A stretch of 64,000 bases of DNA, taken from the human T2T-CHM13v2.0 reference genome, Homo sapiens. The DNA lies in NCBI RefSeq assembly GCF_009914755.1, contig NC_060925.1; one strand, written 5' to 3'. The position numbers were made by a program, and so were the translations under genes. Of this stretch, positions 12,601 to 23,700 are shown piece after piece. How positions within the stretch are numbered: position 1 is the first letter of the stretch; each line of letters starts with the position of its first letter. The notes beneath the pieces are model-generated. The model saw only the letters and a program-made list of their open reading frames with translations. It was not told the origin of the DNA and searched no databases.

Positions 12601-15074
12601 GGAAACACTCTGTTTGTAAAGTCTGCACTTGGATATTTTGACCACTTAGAGGCCTTCGTTGGAAACGGGTTTTTTTCATGTAAGGCTAGACAGAAGAATT
12701 CCCAGTAACTTCCTTGTGTTGTGTGCATTCAACTCACAGAGTTGAACGTTCCCTTAGACAGAGCAGATTTGAAACACTCTATTTCTGCAATTTGCAAGTT
12801 TAGTTTTCAAGCTCTTTAAGGTCAACGGCAGAAAAGGAAATATCTTCGTTTCAAAACTAGACAGAATCATTCCCACAAACTGCGTTGTGATGTGTTCGTT
12901 CAACTCACAGAGTTTAACCTTTCTGTTCATAGAGCAGTTAGGAAACACTCTGTTTGTAAAGTCTGTAAGTGGATATTCTGACATCTTGTGGCCTTCGTTG
13001 GAAACGGGATTTCTTCATATTCTGCTAGACAGAAGAATTCTCAGTAACTTCCTTGTGTTGTGTGTATTCAACTCACAGAGTTGAACGATCCTTTACACAG
13101 AGCAGACTTGAAACACTCTTTTTGTGGAATTTGCAAGTGGAGATTTCAGCCGCTTTGATGTCAATGGTAGAAAAGGAAATATCTTCGTATAAAGACTAGA
13201 CAGAATGATTCTCAGAAACTCTTTTGTGATGTGTGCGTTCAACTCACAGAGTTTAACCTTTCTGTTCATAGAGCAGTTAGGAAACACTCTGTTTGTAAAG
13301 TCTGCAAGTGGATATTCAGACCTCCTTGAGGCCTTCGTTGGAAACGGGATTTCTTCATATTCTGCTAGACAGAAGAATTCTCAGTAACTTCCTTGTGTTG
13401 TGTGTATTCAACTCACAGAGTTGTACGATCCTTTACACAGAGCAGACTTGAAACACTCTTTTTGTGGAATTTGCAAGTGGAGATTTCAGCCGCTTTGAGG
13501 TCAATGGTAGAAAAGGAAATATCTTCGTATAAAGACTAGACAGAATGATTCTCAGAAACTCCTTTGTGATGTGTGCGTTCAACTCACAGAGTTTAACCTT
13601 TCTGTTCATAGAGCAGTTAGGAAACACTCTGTTTGTAAAGTCTGTAAGTGGATATTCTGACATCTTGTGGCCTTCGTTGGAAACGGGATTTCTTCATATT
13701 CTGCTAGACAGAAGAATTCTCAGTAACTTCCTTGTGTTGTGTGTATTCAACTCACAGAGTTGAACGATCCTTTACACAGAGCAGACTTGAAACACTCTTT
13801 TTGTGGAATTTGCAAGTGGAGATTTCAGCCGCTTTGAGGTCAATGGTAGAAAAGGAAACTATCTTCATATAAAGACTAGACAGAATGATTCTCAGAAAAT
13901 CTTTTGTGATGTGTGCGTTCAACTCACAGAGTTTAAGTTTTCTTCTCATAGAGCAGTTAGGAAACACTCTGTTTGTAAAGTCTGCAAGTGGATATTCAGA
14001 CATCTTTGAGGCCTTCGTTGGAAACGGGATTTCTTCATATTCTGCTAGACAGAAGAATTCTCAGTAACTTCCTTGTGTTGTGTGTATTCAACTCACAGAG
14101 TTGAAGGATCCTTTACAGAGAGCAGGCTTGAAACACTCTTTTTGTCGAATTTGCAAGTGGAGATTTCAGCCGCTTTGAGGTCAATGGTAGAATAGGAAAT
14201 ATCTTCTTATAGAAACTAGACAGAATGATTCTCATAAACTCCTTTGTGATGTGTGCGTTCAACTCACAGAGTTTAACCTTTCTTTTCATAGAGCAGTTAG
14301 GAAACACTCTGTTTGTAAAGTCTGCAAGTGGATATTCAGACGTCCTTGAGGCCTTCGTTGGAAACGGGATTTCTTCATATTCTGCTAGACAGAAGAATTC
14401 TCAGTAACTTCCTTGTGTTGTGTTTATTCAACTCACAGAGTTGAATGATCCTTTACACAGAGCAGACTTGAAACACTCTTTTTGTGGAATTTGCAAGTGG
14501 AGATTTCAGCCGCTTTGAGGTCAACGGTAGAAAAGTAAATATCTTCGTATAAAGACTAGACAGAATGATTCTCAGAAACTCCTTTGTGATGTGTGCGTTC
14601 AACTCACAGAGTTTAACCTTTCTGTTCATAGAGCAGTTAGGAAACACTCTGTTTGTAAAGTCTGCAAGTGGATATTCAGACCTCTTTGAGGCCTTCGTTG
14701 GAAACGGGATTTCTTCATATTATGCTAGACAGAAGAATTCTCAGTAACTTCCTTGTGTTGTGTGTATTCAACTCACAGAGTTGAACGATCCTTTACACAG
14801 AGCAGACTTGAAACATTCTTTTTGTGGAATTTGCAAGTGGAGATTTCAGCCGCTTTGAGGTCAATGGTAGAATAGGAAATATCTTCCTATAGAAACTAGA
14901 CAGAACGATTCTCAGAAACTCCTTTGTGATGTGTGCGTTCAACTCACAGAGTTTAACCTTTCTTTTCATAGAGCAGTTAGGAAACACTCTATTTGTAAAG
15001 TCTGCAAGTGGATATTCAGACCTCTTTGAGGCCTTCGTTGGAAACGGGATTTCTTCATATTCTGCTAGACAGAA

Positions 15075-17795
15075 GAATTCTCAGTAACTTCCTTGTGTTG
15101 TGTGTATTCAACTCACAGAGTTGAACGATCCTTTACACAGAGCAGACTTGAAACACTCTTTTTGTGGAATTTGCAAGTGGAGATTTCAGCCGCTTTGAGG
15201 TCAATAGTAGAAAAGGAAATATCTTCGTAGAAAAACTAGACAGAATGATTCTCAGAAACTCCTTTGTGATGTGTGTGTTCAACTCACAGAGTTTAACCTT
15301 TCTTTTCATAGAGCAGTTAGTAAACACTCTGTTTATAAAGTCTGCAAGTGGATATTCAGACCCCTTTGAGGCCTTCGTTGGAAACGGGATTTCTTCATAT
15401 TATGCTAGACAGAAGAATTCTCAGTAACTTCCTTGTGTTTTGTGTATTCAACTGACAGAGTTGAACTTTCATTTAGAGAGAGCAGATTTGAAACACTGTT
15501 TTTGTGGAATTTGCAATTGGAGATTTCAAGCGCTTTGGGGCCAAAGGCAGAAAAGGAAATATCTTCGTATAAAAACTAGACAGAATCATTCTCAGAAACT
15601 CCTTTGTGATGTGTGCGTTCAACTCTCAGAGTTTAACTTTTCTTTTCATTCAGCGGTTTGGAAACACTCTGTTTGTAAAGTCTGCACGTGGAAATTTTGA
15701 CCACTTAGAGGCCTTCGTTGGAAACGGGTTTTTTTCATGTAAGGCTAGACAGAAGAATTCCCAGTAACTTCCTTGTGTTGTGTGCATTCAACTCACAGAG
15801 TTGAACGTTCCCTTAGACAGAGCAGATTTGAAACACTCTATTTGTGCAATTTGCAAGTGTAGATTTCAAGCGCTTTAAGGTCAACGGCAGAAAAGGAAAT
15901 ATCTTCGTTTCAAAACTAGACAGAATCATTCCCACAAACTGCGTTGTGATGTGTTCGTTCAACTCACAGAGTTTAACCTTTCTGTTCATAGAGCAGTTAG
16001 GAAACACTGTGTTTGTAAAGTCTGTAAGTGGATATTCAGACCTCCTTGAGGCCTTCGTTGGAAACGGGATTTCTTCATATTCTGCTAGACAGAAGAATTC
16101 TCAGTAACTTCCTTGTGTTGTGTTTATTCAACTCACAGAGTTGAATGATCCTTTACACAGAGCATACTTGAAACACTCTTTTTGTGGAATTTGCAAGTGG
16201 AGATTTCAGCCGCTTTGAGGTCAATGGTAGAAAAGTAAATATCTTCGTATAAAGACTAGACAGAATGATTCTCAGAAACTCCTTTGTGATGTGTGCGTTC
16301 AACTCACAGAGTTTAACCTTTCTGTTCATAGAGCAGTTAGGAAACACTCTGTTTGTAAAGTCTGCAAGTGGATATTCAGACCTCCTTGAGGCCTTCGTTG
16401 GAAACGGGATTTCTTCATATTCTGCTAGACAGAAGAATTCTCAGTAACTTCCTTGTGTTGTGTGTATTCAACTCACAGAGTTGAACGATCCTTTACACAG
16501 AGCAGACTTGAAACACTCTTTTTGTGGAATTTGCAAGTGGAGATTTCAGCCGCTTTGAGGTCAATAGTAGAAAAGGAAATATCTTCGTAGAAAAACTAGA
16601 CAGAATGATTCTCAGAAACTCCTTTGTGATGTGTGTGTTCAACTCACAGAGTTTAACCTTTCTTTTCATAGAGCAGTTAGTAAACACTCTGTTTATAAAG
16701 TCTGCAAGTGGATATTCAGACCCCTTTGTGGCCTTCGTTGGAAACGGGATTTCTTCATATTATGCTAGACAGAAGAATTCTCAGTAACTTCCTTGTGTTG
16801 TGTGTATTCAACTGACAGAGTTGAACTTTCATTTAGAGAGAGCAGATTTGAAACACTGTTTTTGTGGAATTTGCAAGTGGAAATTTCAAGCGCTTTGGGG
16901 TCAAAGGCAGAAAAGGAAATATCTTCGTATAAAAACTAGACAGAATCATTCTCAGAAACTGCTGCGTGATGTGTGCGTTCAACTCTCAGAGTTTAACTTT
17001 TCTTTTCATTCAGCGGTTTGGAAACACTCTGTTTGTAAAGTCTGCACGTGGATATTTTGACCACTTAGAGGCCTTCGTTGGAAACGGGTTTTTTTTCATG
17101 TAAGGCTAGACAGAAGAATTCCCAGTAACTTCCTTGTGTTGTGTGCATTCAACTCACAGAGTTGAACGTTCCCTTAGACAGAGCAGATTTGAAACACTCT
17201 ATTTGTGCAATTTGCAAGTGTAGATTTCAAGCGCTTTAAGGTCAACGGCAGAAAAGGAAATATCTTCGTTTCAAAACTAGACAGAATCATTCCCACAAAC
17301 TGCGTTGTGATGTGTTCGTTCAACTCACAGAGTTTAACCTTTCTGTTCATAGAGCAGTTAGGAAACACTGTGTTTGTAAAGTCTGTAAGTGGATATTCAG
17401 ACCTCCTTGAGGCCTTCGTTGGAAACGGGATTTCTTCATATTCTGCTAGACAGAAGAATTCTCAGTAACTTCCTTGTGTTGTGTTTATTCAACTCACAGA
17501 GTTGAATGATCCTTTACACAGAGCATACTTGAAACACTCTTTTTGTGGAATTTGCAAGTGGAGATTTCAGCCGCTTTGAGGTCAATGGTAGAAAAGTAAA
17601 TATCTTCGTATAAAGACTAGACAGAATGATTCTCAGAAACTCCTTTGTGATGTGTGCGTTCAACTCACAGAGTTTAACCTTTCTGTTCATAGAGCAGTTA
17701 GGAAACACTCTGTTTGTAAAGTCTGCAAGTGGATATTCAGACCTCCTTGAGGCCTTCGTTGGAAACGGGATTTCTTCATATTCTGCTAGACAGAA
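15075..17795 (+). repeat. Two tandem 8-monomer variants A-B-C*-F (1,360 and 1,361 bp)
   Basis: Shared private SNPs aaacactGtg (16009/17370) and agcaTactt (16165/17526). The second copy has T8 instead of T7 at 17089-17096. Confidence 0.88.
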
Positions 17796-20700
17796 GAATT
17801 CTCAGTAACTTCCTTGTGTTGTGTGTATTCAACTCACAGAGTTGAACGATCCTTTACACAGAGCAGACTTGAAACACTCTTTTTGTGGAATTTGCAAGTG
17901 GAGATTTCAGCCGCTTTGAGGTCAATAGTAGAAAAGGAAATATCTTCGTAGAAAAACTAGACAGAATGATTCTCAGAAACTCCTTTGTGATGTGTGTGTT
18001 CAACTCACAGAGTTTAACCTTTCTTTTCATAGAGCAGTTAGTAAACACTCTGTTTATAAAGTCTGCAAGTGGATATTCAGACCCCTTTGAGGCCTTCGTT
18101 GGAAACGGGATTTCTTCATATTATGCTAGACAGAAGAATTCTCAGTAACTTCCTTGTGTTGTGTGTATTCAACTGACAGTGTTGAACTTTCATTTAGAGA
18201 GAGCAGATTTGAAACACTGTTTTTGTGGAATTTGCAAGTGGAGATTTCAAGCGCTTTGGGGCCAAAGGCAGAAAAGGAAATATCTTCGTATAAAAACTAG
18301 ACAGAATCATTCTCAGAAACTGCTGCGTGATGTGTGCGTTCAACTCTCAGAGTTTAACTTTTCTTTTCATTCAGCGGTTTGGAAACACTCTGTTTGTAAA
18401 GTCTGCACGTGGATATTTTGACCACTTAGAGGCCTTCGTTGGAAACGGGTTTTTTTCATGTAAGGCTAGACAGAAGAATTCCCAGTAACTTCCTTGTGTT
18501 GTGTGCATTCAACTCACAGAGTTGAATGTTCCCTTAGACAGAGCAGATTTGAAACACTCTATTTGTGCAATTTCCAAGTGTAGATTTCAAGCGCTTTAAG
18601 GTCAACGGCAGAAAAGGAAATATCTTCGTTTCAAAACTAGACAGAATCATTCCCACAAACTGCGTTGTGATGTGTTCGTTCAACTCACAGAGTTTAACCT
18701 TTCTGTTCATAGAGCAGTTAGGAAACACTCTGTTTGTAAAGTCTGTAAGTGGATATTCGGACATCTTGTGGCCTTCGTTGGAAACGGGATTTCTTCATAT
18801 TCTGCTAGACAGAAGAATTCTCAGTAACTTCCTTGTGTTGTGTGTATTCAACTCACAGAGTTGAACGATCCTTTACACAGAGCAGACTTGAAACACTCTT
18901 TTTGTGGAATTTGCAAGTGGAGATTTCAGCCGCTTTGAGGTCAATGGTAGAAAAGGAAATATCTTCGTATAAAGACTAGACAGAATGATTCTCAGAAACT
19001 CCTTTGTGATGTGTGCGTTCAACTCACAGAGTTTAACTTTTCTTTTCATAGAGCAGTTAGGAAACACTCTGTTTGTAAAGTCTGCAAGTGGATATTCAGA
19101 CCTCTTTGAGGCCTTCGTTGGAAACGGGATTTCTTCATATTCTGCTAGACAGAAGAATTCTCAGTAACTTCCTTGTGTTGTGTGTATTCATCTCACAGAG
19201 TTGAACGATCCTTTACACAGAGCAGACTTGAAACATTCTTTTTCTGGAATTTGCAAGTGGAGATTTCAGCCGCTTTGAGGTCAATGGTAGAATAGGAAAT
19301 ATCTTCCTATAGAAACTAGACAGAACGATTCTCAGAAACTCCTTTGTGATGAGTGCGTTCAACTCACAGAGTTTAACCTTTCTTTTCATAGAGCAGTTAG
19401 GAAACACTCTGTTTGTAAAGTCTGCAAGTGGATATTCAGACCTCTTTGAGGCCTTCGTTGGAAACGGGATTTCTTCATATTCTGCTAGACAGAAGAATTC
19501 TCAGTAACTTCCTTGTGTTGTGTGTATTCAACTCACAGAGTTGAACGATCCTTTACACAGAGCAGACTTGAAACACTCTTTTTGTGGAATTTGCAAGTGG
19601 AGATTTCAGCCGCTTTGAGGTCAATAGTAGAAAAGGAAATATCTTCGTAGAAAAACTAGACAGAATGATTCTCAGAAACTCCTTTGTGATGTGTGTGTTC
19701 AACTCACAGAGTTTAACCTTTCTTTTCATAGAGCAGTTAGTAAACACTCTGTTTATAAAGTCTGCAAGTGGATATTCAGACCCCTTTGAGGCCTTCGTTG
19801 GAAACGGGATTTCTTCATATTATGCTAGACAGAAGAATTCTCAGTAACTTCCTTGTGTTGTGTGTATTCAACTGACAGAGTTGAACTTTCATTTAGAGAG
19901 AGCAGATTTGAAACACTGTTTTTGTGGAATTTGCAAGTGGAGATTTCAAGCGCTTTGGGGCCAAAGGCAGAAAAGGAAATATCTTCGTATAAAAACTAGA
20001 CAGAATCATTCTCAGAAACTGCTGCGTGATGTGTGCGTTCAACTCTCAGAGTTTAACTTTTCTTTTCATTCAGCGGTTTGGAAACACTCTGTTTGTAAAG
20101 TCTGCACGTGGAAATTTTGACCACTTAGAGGCCTTCGTTGGAAACGGGTTTTTTTCATGTAAGGCTAGACAGAAGAATTCCCAGTAACTTCCTTGTGTTG
20201 TGTGCATTCAACTCACAGAGTTGAACGTTCCCTTAGACAGAGCAGATTTGAAACACTCTATTTGTGCAATTTGCAAGTGTAGTTTTCAAGCTCTTTAAGG
20301 TCAATGGCAGAAAAGGAAATATCTTCGTTTCAAAACTAGACAGAATCATTCCCACAAACTGCGTTGTGATGTGTTCGTTCAACTCACAGAGTTTAACCTT
20401 TCTGTTCATAGAGCAGTTAGGAAACACTCTGTTTGTAAAGTCTGTAAGTGGATATTCTGACATCTTGTGGCCTTCGTTGGAAACGGGATTTCTTCATATT
20501 CTGCTAGACAGAAGAATTCTCAGTAACTTCCTTGTGTTGTGTGTATTCAACTCACAGAGTTGAACGATCCTTTACACAGAGCAGACTTGAAACACTCTTT
20601 TTGTGGAATTTGCAAGTGGAGATTTCAGCCGCTTTGAGGTCAATGGTAGAAAAGGAAACTATCTTCATATAAAGACTAGACAGAATGATTCTCAGAAAAT

Positions 20701-23700
20701 CTTTTGTGATGTGTGCGTTCAACTCACAGAGTTTAACTTTTCTTCTCATAGAGCAGTTAGGAAACACTCTGTTTGTAAAGTCTGCAAGTGGATATTCAGA
20801 CATCTTTGAGGCCTTCGTTGGAAACGGGATTTCTTCATATTCTGCTAGACAGAAGAATTCTCAGTAACTTCCTTGTGTTGTGTGTATTCAACTCACAGAG
20901 TTGAAGGATCCTTTACAGAGAGCAGGCTTGAAACACTCTTTTTGTCGAATTTGCAAGTGGAGATTTCAGCCGCTTTGAGGTCAATGGTAGAATAGGAAAT
21001 ATCTTCTTATAGAAACTAGACAGAATGATTCTCATAAACTCCTTTGTGATGTGTGCGTTCAACTCACAGAGTTTAACCTTTCTTTTCATAGAGCAGTTAG
21101 GAAACACTCTGTTTGTAAAGTCTGCAAGTGGATATTCAGACCTCCTTGAGGCCTTCGTTGGAAACGGGATTTCTTCATATTCTGCTAGACAGAAGAATTC
21201 TCAGTAACTTCCTTGTGTTGTGTTTATTCAACTCACAGAGTTGAATGATCCTTTACACAGAGCAGACTTGAAACACTCTTTTTGTGGAATTTGCAAGTGG
21301 AGATTTCAGCCGCTTTGAGGTCAACGGTAGAAAAGTAAATATCTTCGTATAAAGACTAGACAGAATGATTCTCAGAAACTCCTTTGTGATGTGTGCGTTC
21401 AACTCACAGAGTTTAACCTTTCTGTTCATAGAGCAGTTAGGAAACACTCTGTTTGTAAAGTCTGCAAGTGGATATTCAGACCTCTTTGAGGCCTTCGTTG
21501 GAAACGGGATTTCTTCATATTATGCTAGACAGAAGAATTCTCAGTAACTTCCTTGTGTTGTGTGTATTCAACTCACAGAGTTGAACGATCCTTTACACAG
21601 AGCAGACTTGAAACATTCTTTTTGTGGAATTTGCAAGTGGAGATTTCAGCCGCTTTGAGGTCAATGGTAGAATAGGAAATATCTTCCTATAGAAACTAGA
21701 CAGAACGATTCTCAGAAACTCCTTTGTGATGTGTGCGTTCAACTCACAGAGTTTAACCTTTCTGTTCATAGAGCAGTTAGGAAACACTCTGTTTGTAAAG
21801 TCTGCAAGTGGATATTCAGACCTCTTTGAGGCCTTCGTTGGAAACGGGATTTCTTCATATTCTGCTAGACAGAAGAATTCTCAGTAACTTCCTTGTGTTG
21901 TGTGTATTCAACTCACAGAGTTGAACGATCCTTTACACAGAGCAGACTTGAAACACTCTTTTTGTGGAATTTGCAAGTGGAGATTTCAGCCGCTTTGAGG
22001 TCAATAGTAGAAAAGGAAATATCTTCGTAGAAAAACTAGACAGAATGATTCTCAGAAACTCCTTTGTGATGTGTGTGTTCAACTCACAGAGTTTAACCTT
22101 TCTTTTCATAGAGCAGTTAGTAAACACTCTGTTTATAAAGTCTGCAAGTGGATATTCAGACCCCTTTGAGGCCTTCGTTGGAAACGGGATTTCTTCATAT
22201 TATGCTAGACAGAAGAATTCTCAGTAACTTCCTTGTGTTGTGTGTATTCAACTGACAGAGTTGAACTTTCATTTAGAGAGAGCAGATTTGAAACACTGTT
22301 TTTGTGGAATTTGCAATTGGAGATTTCAAGCGCTTTGGGGCCAAAGGCAGAAAAGGAAATATCTTCGTATAAAAACTAGACAGAATCATTCTCAGAAACT
22401 CCTTTGTGATGTGTGCGTTCAACTCTCAGAGTTTAACTTTTCTTTTCATTCAGCGGTTTGGAAACACTCTGTTTGTAAAGTCTGCACGTGGATATTTTGA
22501 CCACTTAGAGGCCTTCGTTGGAAACGGGTTTTTTTCATGTAAGGCTAGACAGAAGAATTCCCAGTAACTTCCTTGTGTTGTGTGCATTCAACTCACAGAG
22601 TTGAACGTTCCCTTAGACAGAGCAGATTTGAAACACTCTATTTGTGCAATTTGCAAGTGTAGATTTCAAGCGCTTTAAGGTCAATGGCAGAAAAGGAAAT
22701 ATCTTCGTTTCAAAACTAGACAGAATCATTCCCACAAACTGCGTTGTGATGTGTTCGTTCAACTCACAGAGTTTAACCTTTCTGTTCATAGAGCAGTTAG
22801 GAAACACTCTGTTTGTAAAGTCTGCAAGTGGATATTCAGACCTCTTTGAGGCCTTCGTTGGAAACGGGATTTCTTCATATTCTGCTAGACAGAAGAATTC
22901 TCAGTAACTTCCTTGTGTTGTGTGTATTCAACTCACAGAGTTGAACGATCCTTTACACAGAGCAGACTTGAAACACTCTTTTTGTGGAATTTGCAATTGG
23001 AGATTTCAGCCGCTTTGAGGTCAATAGTAGAAAAGGAAATATCGTCGTAGAAAAACTAGACAGAATGATTCTCAGAAACTCCTTTGTGATGTGTGTGTTC
23101 AACTCACAGAGTTTAACCTTTCTTTTCATAGAGCAGCTAGTAAACACTCTGTTTATGAAGTCTGCAAGTGGATATTCAGACCCCTTTGAGGCCTTCGTTG
23201 GAAACGGGATTTCTTCATATTATGCTAGACAGAAGAATTCTCAGTAACTTCCTTGTGTTGTGTGTATTCAACTGACAGAGTTGAACTTTCATTTGGAGAG
23301 AGCAGATTTGAAACACTGTTTTTGTGGAATTTGCAAGTGGAGATTTCAAGCGCTTTGGGGCCAAAGGCAGAAAAGGAAATATCTTCGTATAAAAACTAGA
23401 CAGAATCATTCTCAGAAACTGCTGCGTGATGTGTGCGTTCAACTCTCAGAGTTTAACTTTTCTTTTCATTCAGCGGTTTGGAAACACTCTGTTTGTAAAG
23501 TCTGCACGTGGAAATTTTGACCACTTAGAGGCCTTCGTTGGAAACGGGTTTTTTTCATGTAAGGCTAGACAGAAGAATTCCCAGTAACTTCCTTGTGTTG
23601 TGTGCATTCAACTCACAGAGTTGAACGTTCCCTTAGACAGAGCAGATTTGAAACACTCTATTTGTGCAATTTGCAAGTGTAGATTTCAAGCGCTTTAAGG

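Larger units (their letters stand above)
1..15200 (+). repeat. About 1.6 tandem copies of a 9,519-bp (56-monomer) super-repeat
   Basis: 2380+3059+2040+2040=9519. The ORF pattern and rare SNPs recur at +9,519: ccttcTttgg 79/9598, and ataaaCacta, ttcgtGgga, ttcaTctc and aatggtTgaat. Confidence 0.92.

Noticed and set aside
17089-17096. Single T8 run where other B dimers have T7
   Set aside because: A lone homopolymer length change is either trivial slippage or a sequencing error.
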